A DNA stretch of 64,000 bases from assembly GCA_012799415.1 (NCBI GenBank), contig JAAZLH010000356.1:9132-73131 (forward strand), in the 5' to 3' direction. The DNA comes from Candidatus Epulonipiscium sp. (GTDB lineage Bacteria; Bacillota; Clostridia; Lachnospirales; JAAYNZ01). The notes beneath the pieces were generated by a model. That model did not search any database and had not been told where the DNA came from. It worked only from the letters and a program-made list of their open reading frames with translations. Positions 19,628-27,907 of the stretch are shown here, in pieces. Numbering within the stretch: position 1 is the first letter of the stretch; the number at the start of each line of letters is the position of its first letter. The position numbers and the translations under genes are program-made.

Positions 19628-19741
19628 GTAAGTACCTATATTTGCTCGAACTGCGACTTTTGTTGTGTCCTTGCTTCCTACTTAGTTGTATAGAAGCAAG
19701 GGCTAAAACAATCCGAGCAGGAGAGCTGTATAGGTACTTAC
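19628..19741 (-). other. 114-nt rod-like hairpin in the gnd-zwf intercistronic region
   Basis: Three nested helices: a 13-bp outer helix GTAAGTACCTATA/TATAGGTACTTAC, a middle helix TGCTCG/CGAGCA and an apical helix CCTTGCTTC/GAAGCAAGG with a 15-nt loop. Confidence 0.7.
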
Positions 19742-19776
19742 GGAAAGTTCGATTATGAGCGTGGATATCTATCAGA

Positions 19777-20673
19777 TCATCGCTTTTCAAAACCATGGCC
19801 TCCAAATTCATTTCTTAAGGCTGCAACTACTTTTCCTGAGAAACTATCCTCTTGTTCTGACCGATATCTAACAAATAAAGATTGTGCAATAACTGGTGCT
19901 GGGACACCTAACTCCAGTGCTTCTTGTACCGTCCATAGCCCTTCTCCAGAAGAGCGAATAATACCACGAATCCCTTCTAAATTTTCATCTTTGGAGAAGG
20001 CACTTTGTGTTAATTCCATCAACCAGCCTCGAATAACAGAACCATGATTCCAAACTTTAGCTACTTTTTCAAAATCTAAATCAAACTGGCTTTTTTCTAA
20101 TATTTCAAACCCCTCCCCAATGGCTTGCATCATTCCGTATTCGATTCCATTATGAACCATCTTTACATAATGACCAGAACCATTGGCTCCTGTGTGTAGG
20201 TAGCCATTTTCAATGCTAATGTCTTTAAATAAAGGCTCTAAATAAGTAAATATTTTTTCCTCAGCCCCAATCATGGTACAAGCACCATACCGGGCACCTT
20301 CAATTCCACCACTGGTTCCTACATCTACAAAATCAAGATTTTTTTCCTTTAATTCTTGATAGCGTCGTAAAGTATCTTTATAGAAAGAATTTCCCCCGTC
20401 GATAATAATATCCTTAGGATCTAATAAATCTGTCAGTTGAGCGATCATATCATCTACTGGTTTCCCTGCTGGCACCATAATCCAAACTACACGTGGCTGA
20501 GGTAAATTTTCTACTAATTCAGCAATAGAGTAAACTCCTTGAATTCCTTCTTTTTCAATTTCTTTGGTTTTTTCGGGAGAACGATTAAAAGCAACTACTT
20601 CATGCCCGTGTTCATGCATATTCAATGCTAATTGGTACCCCATTTTTCCTAATCCAATTAATCCTATCTTCAT
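19777..20673 (-). CDS. gnd: 6-phosphogluconate dehydrogenase, decarboxylating, short (about 300 aa) form
   Basis: 298 aa. GLGKMG Rossmann motif, GGNS and VKMVHNGIEYG motifs. Sits directly upstream of zwf. Confidence 0.9.
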   Translation of the reverse strand: MKIGLIGLGKMGYQLALNMHEHGHEVVAFNRSPEKTKEIEKEGIQGVYSIAELVENLPQPRVVWIMVPAGKPVDDMIAQLTDLLDPKDIIIDGGNSFYKDTLRRYQELKEKNLDFVDVGTSGGIEGARYGACTMIGAEEKIFTYLEPLFKDISIENGYLHTGANGSGHYVKMVHNGIEYGMMQAIGEGFEILEKSQFDLDFEKVAKVWNHGSVIRGWLMELTQSAFSKDENLEGIRGIIRSSGEGLWTVQEALELGVPAPVIAQSLFVRYRSEQEDSFSGKVVAALRNEFGGHGFEKR

Positions 20674-20874
20674 ACAATTCTCTCCTTTTTAAATTTATTT
20701 TTATTTGTCATTTGATATTCATTATTATTTAACTATATTTCTATCTTACTAGAACTTTATCAAAAAAACAAGGTTTATAAAACATAAAACTTAACTTTTT
20801 ACTTCATTTGCTTTTTTATATGGTTAATGTTATGATATCCTGTGGCTTAGTATTCACTTGAGAGGAGAAAATAA

Positions 20875-21825
20875 ATGAGTTCAACAAAAGCTAAAAAATT
20901 ATTGACAAATCCCATATTTGTGGCATGCGGTGCCATTTTATGTGCTATTTTATGGGGAAGCGCTTTCCCTGTGCTCAAATTAAGTTATCAGGAAACTGGA
21001 TTGCAGCCAGATGATCTTTACGGCAAAATTGTTTTTGCTGGTATGCGGTTTCTACTTGCTTCTTCTATTATTCTAATAGTTTATAAAATTACTACCAAGG
21101 AATCTCTTCGTATTTCCCGAAAATTTTGGCTTCCTTTACTTCTGTTAGGAGCCTTACAAACCGGCTTACAGTACTTTTTCTTTTACAACGGATTGGCTCA
21201 TACTACAGGTATGAAGGGATCTATTATTGAATCTATTGGAAACTTTTTAACGGTTCTTTTAGCACATTTTTTCTATTCCGATGATCGTTTTAATATAAAA
21301 AAATTCATTGGAATGGCTACTGGCTTTGCAGGCATTATTATCGTAAATTGGGGACAAGAATTTGGATGGGTTTTCACCTTAAAGGGGGAGGGTTTTCTAA
21401 TTATCTGTAGTATTTTAGGGGCTATTGCTACCATTATGGCTAAAGAGTTTTCTGGTGATCTTAACCCCGTTTTAATGACTGGATGGCAAATGTTTTTAGG
21501 TTCACTAATGTTATTACTTTTTGGTGTGCCTAATGTAAAACCTGGTTTTATGCATTTTACTCCTTTTGCTGTAGGGTTGCTAATTTATTCTGCCCTCCTA
21601 TCCTCTGTTGCCTTATCTCTATGGTACGCTCTGCTTAAGTATAATAAAGCAGGAGAAATTACATTGTATCGCTTTATTATTCCTATTGCTGGGGCCATCC
21701 TTTCTGCTTTATTTGTTCCTGGTGAAGTTTTCACTGTTGGAATTGTTATTAGTTTGATCTTAGTTGCCTTCGGCATTATCTTACTGAACTATCCTACGAA
21801 AGAAACAAAAAAAACAGAAGTATAG
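20875..21825 (+). CDS. EamA/DMT family transporter
   Basis: 316 aa with 10 predicted TM segments arranged as two EamA-like halves. Confidence 0.8.
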   Translation: MSSTKAKKLLTNPIFVACGAILCAILWGSAFPVLKLSYQETGLQPDDLYGKIVFAGMRFLLASSIILIVYKITTKESLRISRKFWLPLLLLGALQTGLQYFFFYNGLAHTTGMKGSIIESIGNFLTVLLAHFFYSDDRFNIKKFIGMATGFAGIIIVNWGQEFGWVFTLKGEGFLIICSILGAIATIMAKEFSGDLNPVLMTGWQMFLGSLMLLLFGVPNVKPGFMHFTPFAVGLLIYSALLSSVALSLWYALLKYNKAGEITLYRFIIPIAGAILSALFVPGEVFTVGIVISLILVAFGIILLNYPTKETKKTEV

Positions 21826-21831
21826 AAAAGA

Positions 21832-21860
21832 AGCACTGGATATTATCTAGTGCTTTTTTT
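21832..21860 (+). terminator. Terminator of the EamA gene, overlapping the 3' end of the convergent gene
   Basis: AGCACTGGA/TCTAGTGCT stem followed by TTTTTTT. Confidence 0.8.
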
Positions 21861-22835
21861 GTGCCAATTTATAATGTCACCGGCAATTTCCATGCCTACT
21901 TTTGTTCCATTCTCTAAAAACAATACTTGGTTTGTTTTTTTATCCTTGAGGCAAACTTTCACTTTAGAATGAATACTTTCCACAATCATTCGGCTCATTT
22001 GACCATTTTTAGGAGCTTTTAGGTAACCTCCTATCTTCTGTTTTGCGTAAACTTCCAATTGATATTGGTTATCTTCTATAACAATAAACCATTTATCTTG
22101 ATGGTTGCCTAATTTTTTTATTTTGGCTCCACTGTAGGTTGAAAAAGTATAAATATGATCCTCTATTTTTAAAAAGGATAAAAACCCAACAAACTGGCTA
22201 TGTAACCAAGGTATAAGAGCAATGGAGAACATAAAAGATGTATTAGGATTTTTAAAATGATTACACTGCATCCAGATCCATTCCTCAGGAAATGAACGTC
22301 CCCAGTCTTTTTCAATATAGCCATATCCTTTAGAAAAATTATTTTCTCTTCCATCAATCCATAGACTCCCTTGTATTTCATGATGAATATTAACGACTCC
22401 ATGATAACATTCCATTCTTGGAACAAAGCTAAAAGGCCCCATAATTCCAGGAGCATTCCATTTTTGGGGATAAGGTACTCGATTGAGAAAATCTAATTTG
22501 CCACAAATACAAATTTCTGGTGTCTCAATGGATATAGAAATATAATGGTTGGTAAATTCATTGTTTCCAATCCTTATTCTGAAATCTTTCATTGAATACC
22601 AAAAAGCTTCTATTGGAAAAGAAATATAATAGGTTTTATGTGTTATACCATCTATAACTTGAATAAAAGCATGCTTCCCTTCTCCATTTTTCCCATAGGC
22701 AACACCTGGAATAAAACTATAAACACACTTTTGTTCTTCATCAATACATTTATAATACCATCCTTCAAAATAATTTTTTCTTTTATAATGTCCTTGAAAC
22801 ATAGATGGGTTCCATATCTTTCTAATTAAATACAC
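21843..22835 (-). CDS. Tocopherol-cyclase-like family protein (function unknown in bacteria)
   Basis: 330 aa. The N-terminal YFEGWYYK resembles the FFEGWYFR signature of the tocopherol cyclase family. GTG start 7 nt after AAGAGGAGG. Confidence 0.5.
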   Translation of the reverse strand: MYLIRKIWNPSMFQGHYKRKNYFEGWYYKCIDEEQKCVYSFIPGVAYGKNGEGKHAFIQVIDGITHKTYYISFPIEAFWYSMKDFRIRIGNNEFTNHYISISIETPEICICGKLDFLNRVPYPQKWNAPGIMGPFSFVPRMECYHGVVNIHHEIQGSLWIDGRENNFSKGYGYIEKDWGRSFPEEWIWMQCNHFKNPNTSFMFSIALIPWLHSQFVGFLSFLKIEDHIYTFSTYSGAKIKKLGNHQDKWFIVIEDNQYQLEVYAKQKIGGYLKAPKNGQMSRMIVESIHSKVKVCLKDKKTNQVLFLENGTKVGMEIAGDIINWHKKSTR

Positions 22836-22857
22836 CAGACTGCCTCCTCTTTTGTTA

Positions 22858-22968
22858 TAAATTAAGATTCAGTTCAGAGAGAGTTTTAACTCTCTGAAAC
22901 AAAGGTCACTCGTGCCTTTGGCACTAGTACCCTTGTAGTATAGCCTAATCCAGTGTATCCTATGCTAA
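22858..22968 (-). repeat. Family-1 structured element, copy B (5' leader of the tocopherol-cyclase-like gene)
   Basis: The minus strand reads GCATAGGATACACTGGATTAGGCTATACTACAAGGGTACTAGTGCCAAAGGCACGAGTGACCTTTGTTTCAGAGAGTTAAAACTCTCTCTGAACTGAATCTTAATTTATAA. The RBS and GTG start follow. Confidence 0.85.
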
Positions 22969-22989
22969 TTTCATGGTGTTCCCCTTCAT

Positions 22990-23478
22990 TTATCCCCTAT
23001 TAAATTTACTCAAATCAATATGGCAATAACCATCTGGATTTTTATCTAAATAATCTTGATGATATTCTTCTGCTGTATAGAATACATCTAAAGGTTCTAC
23101 CTCTGTAACGATAGGTTTTTGGTATTTTGTTTGTTCTTTTTCCTTACTTTGTAAAATCGTAGAGAGATCCTCCTCATGAGTATAAAAAATACCTGTACGA
23201 TATTGAGGCCCTATATCAGGTCCTTGCTGATCTTGCAAAGTTGGATCTATAATACCCCAGTATTCTTCTAATAAATGCTCTAAAGATAACTGTTTTTCAT
23301 CATAGGTGATGTAGATTACCTCTGCATGACCTGTTGTTGAGGTACACACATCTTCATAACTTGGGTTCTCTAAAGTTCCATTGGCATACCCTACTTGTGT
23401 TTCCACAACTCCAGGTATTCTCTTAAAATAAGCTTCAACACCCCAAAAACAGCCTCCTGCTAAAACAATATCTTTCAT
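22990..23478 (-). CDS. msrA: Peptide-methionine (S)-S-oxide reductase
   Basis: GGCFWG active-site motif near the N-terminus. The track ORF start at 23628 was trimmed to [13 protein letters not shown] (23478), 9 nt after GAAAGG. Confidence 0.93.
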   Translation of the reverse strand: MKDIVLAGGCFWGVEAYFKRIPGVVETQVGYANGTLENPSYEDVCTSTTGHAEVIYITYDEKQLSLEHLLEEYWGIIDPTLQDQQGPDIGPQYRTGIFYTHEEDLSTILQSKEKEQTKYQKPIVTEVEPLDVFYTAEEYHQDYLDKNPDGYCHIDLSKFNRG

Positions 23479-23592
23479 ATTTTTCATCCTTTCTGTAGTA
23501 AGACATAAACACCTATATTTCTTACACAATAGCATACTTTTTGCTTTTTTGTCTATGCTTTTAAACAAGTGCTGAAAACTCATATTTTCAAG

Positions 23593-23642
23593 TGAACCAG
23601 GAAAATTGATCCCTTGCAAACAAAACAAACTTCCCTAGTTCA
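23593..23642. repeat. Family-2 palindromic repeat, copy 2
   Basis: TGAACCAGGAAAATTGATCCCTTGCAAACAAAACAAACTTCCCTAGTTCA, in the divergent msrA / membrane-protein promoter region. Confidence 0.8.
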
Positions 23643-23666
23643 TAAAACAAAGGAGCTGTGATTACT

Positions 23667-24362
23667 ATGGCAAAAAAACAAATCATTCAAACTATTATTT
23701 TAATCAATGTATTTATTTATTTCACCTTTCTTACTATAGATTCTCTTGCTAAAAATTTATATTATCCCTATTCTCCTTATTTAAAATACACTTCTATTAT
23801 ACTTTGCTTTTTCTTAACACTGTTAATCAATGATGATGGCCATGATAAAAAAGATACTTCGCTTTTACAAAGAGCTCTTTTTTTCACAGTCATAGCTGAT
23901 TTTTTTTTAGTCATTCTAAATCAAGCGACCATTGGAGTTTTCTTTTTTATCTTTGTTCAAGGGATCCACATTGTTAGACAGTGCCGTAAGTCTAATCCTC
24001 CTCGGAGAACTTTATATAAGATTTTCTTTTTCTCTGTATTGTGTATTCTCCTGGCCATTACTCCCTTCGTCCAACCTATAAAAATAGATCCTTATTTATA
24101 CTTAGTCAGTGTCGTCTATGCGGCTCTATTATTAACAAGTCTTATCACTGCAATAGGTAGCCAAAAATCGATGCCTAGAAAAGCTTATTTCTTACTTGTT
24201 ATAGGGATGTGCCTATTCTTTCTTTGTGACCTCAATGTGGCTCTATTCAATCTAGTTGACAATAATAAACCTAGCTTTTTTCATCAAATTCCTTTTGGTT
24301 GGCTCATCTGGTTTTTTTATCTCCCTTCTCAGATTCTGTTGTCAATGAGTGGATATAAATAG
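23667..24362 (+). CDS. Polytopic membrane protein, family not recognised
   Basis: About 231 aa with 7-8 hydrophobic segments. ATG 23667 is preferred over the GTG at 23658 because of the position of AAAGGAG. Confidence 0.55.
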   Translation: MAKKQIIQTIILINVFIYFTFLTIDSLAKNLYYPYSPYLKYTSIILCFFLTLLINDDGHDKKDTSLLQRALFFTVIADFFLVILNQATIGVFFFIFVQGIHIVRQCRKSNPPRRTLYKIFFFSVLCILLAITPFVQPIKIDPYLYLVSVVYAALLLTSLITAIGSQKSMPRKAYFLLVIGMCLFFLCDLNVALFNLVDNNKPSFFHQIPFGWLIWFFYLPSQILLSMSGYK

Positions 24363-24396
24363 ATCATATTTTTTTAAAAAACTTTCAATAAATTTC

Positions 24397-24425
24397 TTGA
24401 CATTTATTTTTAGAATGATTATAAT
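24397..24425 (+). promoter_or_regulatory. Consensus sigma-A promoter of the XRE-cupin regulator gene
   Basis: TTGACA-17 nt-TATAAT, an exact consensus. Confidence 0.75.
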
Positions 24426-24436
24426 AAAGCAGATAT

Positions 24437-24468
24437 AAAGTTTAGTCAATGTAAACAAAAAGTTTAGT
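24437..24468 (+). promoter_or_regulatory. Direct repeat AAAGTTTAGT x2 (22-nt phase) just downstream of the promoter
   Basis: AAAGTTTAGT occurs at 24437-24446 and 24459-24468, between the -10 box and the RBS. This is a candidate autoregulatory operator. Confidence 0.45.
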
Positions 24469-24495
24469 TGTTCAAAACATAAAGATAAGGGTGGC

Positions 24496-25038
24496 ATGAT
24501 GAAAATAGGTGAAAAAATCAAACAACTTCGAATGAAAAATGGATTGACCCAAGAGGAGCTCGCAAATCGCGCTGAATTATCCAAAGGTTTTATCTCCCAA
24601 GTTGAAAGGGATTTAACCTCTCCTTCTATTGCTACTTTAGTCGATATTTTAGAATGCCTAGGTACCAATTTAAAAGATTTTTTTAATGAAACTGTAGCTG
24701 AAAAAATTGTATTTTCAAAAGATGATATGTTTGAAACTGAAAGCAGAGAATTACTCCATCAATTTAAATGGCTAGTTCCCAATGCACAAAAAAATGATAT
24801 GGAACCTGTATTGATTACCCTAGAGCCTGGGGGACAATCGGAAGAACATGATCCCCATGAAGGTGAGGAGTTCGGTTATATCTTATCTGGTTCTATCCAT
24901 CTTCATTTAGGAACTCAAATATATAAAGCTAAAAAAGGAGATAGTTTTTATTTCAAATCTACACGTAATCATTATATTTCTAATGGAGGAAAGACAGTAG
25001 CTTCAATCTTATGGGTTTCTACTCCTCCTACATTCTAA
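24496..25038 (+). CDS. XRE-family HTH regulator with C-terminal cupin domain (PuuR-like)
   Basis: N-terminal HTH (IKQLRMKNGLTQEELANRAELSKGFISQVERD) and a C-terminal cupin (HDPHEGEEFGYILSG). Located directly upstream of potABCD. Confidence 0.88.
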   Translation: MMKIGEKIKQLRMKNGLTQEELANRAELSKGFISQVERDLTSPSIATLVDILECLGTNLKDFFNETVAEKIVFSKDDMFETESRELLHQFKWLVPNAQKNDMEPVLITLEPGGQSEEHDPHEGEEFGYILSGSIHLHLGTQIYKAKKGDSFYFKSTRNHYISNGGKTVASILWVSTPPTF

Positions 25039-25061
25039 ATCAAAAGTTCACAAAAATTTTT

Positions 25062-25226
25062 ACCCGATGGCTTGCAATTCCAACAGCTCCATTTTTAAGA
25101 AGTGGGAGCTGGCAATTGCATAGCCCCTGGATAACATACCGCAAGGGTACTAGTGCCAAAGGCACGTCGCGACCTTCGCGTTCAGAGGGAGTTAAAACTC
25201 CCCCTGAACTGAGTCTTAGTTTATAA
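25062..25226 (+). repeat. Family-1 structured element, copy C (fills the gap between the XRE-cupin gene and potA)
   Basis: Long 5' hairpin (GCAATTCCAACAGCTCC/GGGAGCTGGCAATTGC), then CCGCAAGGGTACTAGTGCCAAAGGCACGTCGCGACCTTCGCGTTCAGAGGGAGTTAAAACTCCCCCTGAACTGAGTCTTAGTTTATAA. It ends at the potA Shine-Dalgarno. Confidence 0.85.
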
Positions 25227-25239
25227 GGAGGATGCCATA

Positions 25240-26286
25240 ATGTCTGAATCTATTGTTGAATTAAAGAATATTTCTAAAGCCTATGGTTCCAATACAGTTT
25301 TAGAAAATATCAATTTGTCTATTCGTAAAAACGAATTTCTTACTCTCTTAGGTCCTAGCGGATGTGGAAAAACTACTACCCTGCGTATTATTGGCGGTTT
25401 TGAAACACCCGATGAAGGTAATTTACTATTTGAAGGAAAAAAAATTAATACCCTTCCCCCTTATAAAAGAAAAGTAAATACGGTGTTTCAAAAATATGCC
25501 TTGTTTCCACATTTGACGGTAGCCCAAAATATTGCTTTTGGATTAAAAATAAAAAAAGTGAACCAATCTACCATAGATGAGAAAGTAAAAGCAATGTTAC
25601 AGTTGGTAAATCTTGCAGGGTATGAAGATCGTGATATTACTTCTTTAAGTGGTGGGCAACAGCAAAGGGTTGCTATTGCACGAGCCTTAGTCAATGAACC
25701 TGAAGTCCTTCTTTTAGATGAACCATTAGGTGCTCTTGATTCTAAACTACGCAAAGGGATGCAAATCGAATTAAAAAATATGCAACAGCGCTTAGGCATC
25801 ACCTTTATTTTTGTTACTCATGACCAAGAGGAAGCTCTTACTATGTCAGACACAGTAGTGGTTATGAATGAAGGAATTATACAGCAAGTAGGAACTCCTA
25901 CTGATATTTATAACGAACCGATCAATCGCTTTGTAGCTACCTTTATTGGTGAAAGTAATATTGTAGATGCTACCATGATCAAGGATTATTTAGTTCACTT
26001 TGCAGATTATGACTTTAACTGTGTAGACTTTGGTTTTGGTGAAAACCAACCTGTAGACGTGGTCATTCGTCCTGAAGATATTAAACTTGTACCTGAAGGT
26101 GAAGGCATGATCCAAGGTGAAGTGAAGTCTGTTGTTTTTAAAGGTGTTCATTACGAAATGCAAATTCAAGCAAAGGACCATGTCTGGCTTGTCCACAGTA
26201 CATTGATGGAGCCTGCTGGTTCTCGTGTGGGACTTCAAATTTTACCTAACGATATCCATATTATGGCAAAGGAGGTAGACGGATGA
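25240..26286 (+). CDS. potA: Spermidine/putrescine ABC transporter ATP-binding protein
   Basis: Walker [10 protein letters not shown], signature LSGGQQQR, Walker B LLLDEP and a C-terminal TOBE-like domain. Confidence 0.93.
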   Translation: MSESIVELKNISKAYGSNTVLENINLSIRKNEFLTLLGPSGCGKTTTLRIIGGFETPDEGNLLFEGKKINTLPPYKRKVNTVFQKYALFPHLTVAQNIAFGLKIKKVNQSTIDEKVKAMLQLVNLAGYEDRDITSLSGGQQQRVAIARALVNEPEVLLLDEPLGALDSKLRKGMQIELKNMQQRLGITFIFVTHDQEEALTMSDTVVVMNEGIIQQVGTPTDIYNEPINRFVATFIGESNIVDATMIKDYLVHFADYDFNCVDFGFGENQPVDVVIRPEDIKLVPEGEGMIQGEVKSVVFKGVHYEMQIQAKDHVWLVHSTLMEPAGSRVGLQILPNDIHIMAKEVDG

Positions 26287-27110
26287 ATAAAAGATGGTTT
26301 GCTACACCCTATCTCATCTGGATGGTAATCTTCACCATTGTACCTCTCTTCTTAATTATATTTTATGCCTTTACAGTAAAAACAGATGCAGGCTTTGTAT
26401 TTTCACTAGAGCCTTTTATAAGGTCCTTAGAACCAACCTATCTTAAAGTCATCGGACGTTCCGTTTTACTAGCACTAATTAGCACCATTATCTGTTTAAT
26501 TTTAGGTTATCCTATTGCTATGATTCTTACGAGTAAAGCTTTTAGTCAAAAAAGCATTTATCTTATGCTTTTTGTTATTCCTATGTGGATGAATTTTTTA
26601 CTACGTACCTATGCATGGCTAACTTTATTAGAAAAGAATGGTTTTATCAATGTCTTTCTAAGAAAAATAGGACTCAATCCCTTAAATTTACTTTATACAA
26701 ATCAAGCTGTAGTTCTTGGGATGGTTTATAACTTTTTACCTTTCATGGTCCTTCCCATTTATTCTGTCCTAAAAAAATTGGATTTTTCACTCATAGAATC
26801 TGCACAGGATCTAGGTGCCAATTCTGTAGAAGTTTTTACAAAAGTAATTTTTCCTTTGAGTATTCCTGGCGTAGTCTCTGGTATTACCATGGTATTTATG
26901 CCCGCTGTTACTACATTTGTTATTTCTCGACTTCTAGGCGGAGGACATTTTTTTCTCATTGGAAATTTAATTGAAGACCAGTTTTTAACTGCTGGAAATT
27001 GGCATTTTGGCTCTGCTCTTTCTGTTGTACTGATGCTGCTGATTATTATTAGTATGTTGATTACCTCTAAGTATGATACAGATAAAGAAGGGAGTGTAGG
27101 ATTATGGTAA
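26283..27110 (+). CDS. potB: Spermidine/putrescine ABC transporter permease
   Basis: 275 aa, 6 TM, EAA loop [20 protein letters not shown]. Overlaps potA by 4 nt. Confidence 0.9.
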   Translation: MNKRWFATPYLIWMVIFTIVPLFLIIFYAFTVKTDAGFVFSLEPFIRSLEPTYLKVIGRSVLLALISTIICLILGYPIAMILTSKAFSQKSIYLMLFVIPMWMNFLLRTYAWLTLLEKNGFINVFLRKIGLNPLNLLYTNQAVVLGMVYNFLPFMVLPIYSVLKKLDFSLIESAQDLGANSVEVFTKVIFPLSIPGVVSGITMVFMPAVTTFVISRLLGGGHFFLIGNLIEDQFLTAGNWHFGSALSVVLMLLIIISMLITSKYDTDKEGSVGLW

Positions 27111-27907
27111 GTCGTTTTTTTCAACGAGCTTATTTATTTCTTATTTTCCTCTTCCTTTATGCTCCTATTGGGATTTTAATTATTTTTTCTTTTAATAATT
27201 CAAAGTCTAGGGTGAACTGGAGTGGATTTACGCTTCGTTGGTATAAAGAAATGATACAAGATCCTCAGATCCTATCGGCTTTATACTATACATTAGTCAT
27301 TGCTGTACTAGCTGCCATTTTCGCTACTTTAATTGGGACCTTTGCTGCTATGGGGATTCATAATATGAGACGATGGCAAAGAACAATTGTTATGAATCTA
27401 ACTAATTTACCAGTTTTAAATCCTGATATTGTAACGGGAATTTCCTTAATGATTTTATTTGTTTTTTTGTCTTCCCGTTTTAGAGTTTTAAACCCAGGAT
27501 TTTTAACTATGCTCCTAGCTCATATTACTTTCAATATTCCTTACGTCATTTTATCTGTACTACCTAAATTTAAACAGCTGGATAAAAATTTATATGAAGC
27601 GGCCCTAGACCTTGGTGCAACACCTTGGTATGCTTTTTTCAAAGTTATTTTGCCTGAAATTTCTCCTGGAATTGTAACAGGTGGATTACTTGCCTTTACC
27701 TTGTCTTTAGATGACTTTGTTATTAGTTTTTTCACTACAGGAACTGGGGTTTCAAATTTATCTATTTTAATATATTCTATGGCTAGACGTGGCGTTAATC
27801 CAAAACTAAATGCCCTATCAGCCCTGTTATTTGTAACGACTTTAGCTTTATTATTAATTGTTAATGCCCGATCCTCTAAAGATCGGACAAGAAAGGGGAA
27901 AATTTGA
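27104..27907 (+). CDS. potC: Spermidine/putrescine ABC transporter permease
   Basis: 267 aa, EAA loop EAALDLGATPWYAFFKVILP. Confidence 0.9.
   Translation: MVSRFFQRAYLFLIFLFLYAPIGILIIFSFNNSKSRVNWSGFTLRWYKEMIQDPQILSALYYTLVIAVLAAIFATLIGTFAAMGIHNMRRWQRTIVMNLTNLPVLNPDIVTGISLMILFVFLSSRFRVLNPGFLTMLLAHITFNIPYVILSVLPKFKQLDKNLYEAALDLGATPWYAFFKVILPEISPGIVTGGLLAFTLSLDDFVISFFTTGTGVSNLSILIYSMARRGVNPKLNALSALLFVTTLALLLIVNARSSKDRTRKGKI

Noticed and set aside
19632-19643. Identical 12-mer GTACCTATATTT, with about 17/21 identity in the extended match, shared by the gnd-zwf hairpin terminus and the greA leader (50248-50259)
   Set aside because: The match is too short and AT-rich to establish homology by eye, and the second arm of the hairpin has no counterpart in the greA leader. 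It is worth a genome-wide search but was not reported as a finding.
19614-19811. 65-aa minus-strand ORF covering the gnd-zwf spacer
   Set aside because: It overlaps the 3' end of gnd in another frame, lacks an RBS, and simply reads through the long hairpin. This is best explained as a chance ORF.
23479-23628. N-terminal 50-codon extension of the msrA ORF (similar cases: CDF ORF 15152-15385, ftsH 62176-62226, rpmE 10684-10710)
   Set aside because: The extensions cross promoter or repeat sequence and have no homology to the protein families. Good RBS-start pairs exist at the conserved N-termini.
25155-25185. Sigma-54 promoter suggested by GGCACG in family-1 copies
   Set aside because: There is no TTGC element at the required 10-nt spacing from the GG, and the GGCAC is one arm of a conserved hairpin.
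25011-25226. 71-aa ORF in the track running through the family-1 copy upstream of potA
   Set aside because: It has no RBS. Its reading frame is not preserved in the other copies of the element: the greA-leader copy stops at the TAA of the hairpin loop in a different frame. The conserved features are base-paired stems, not codons.
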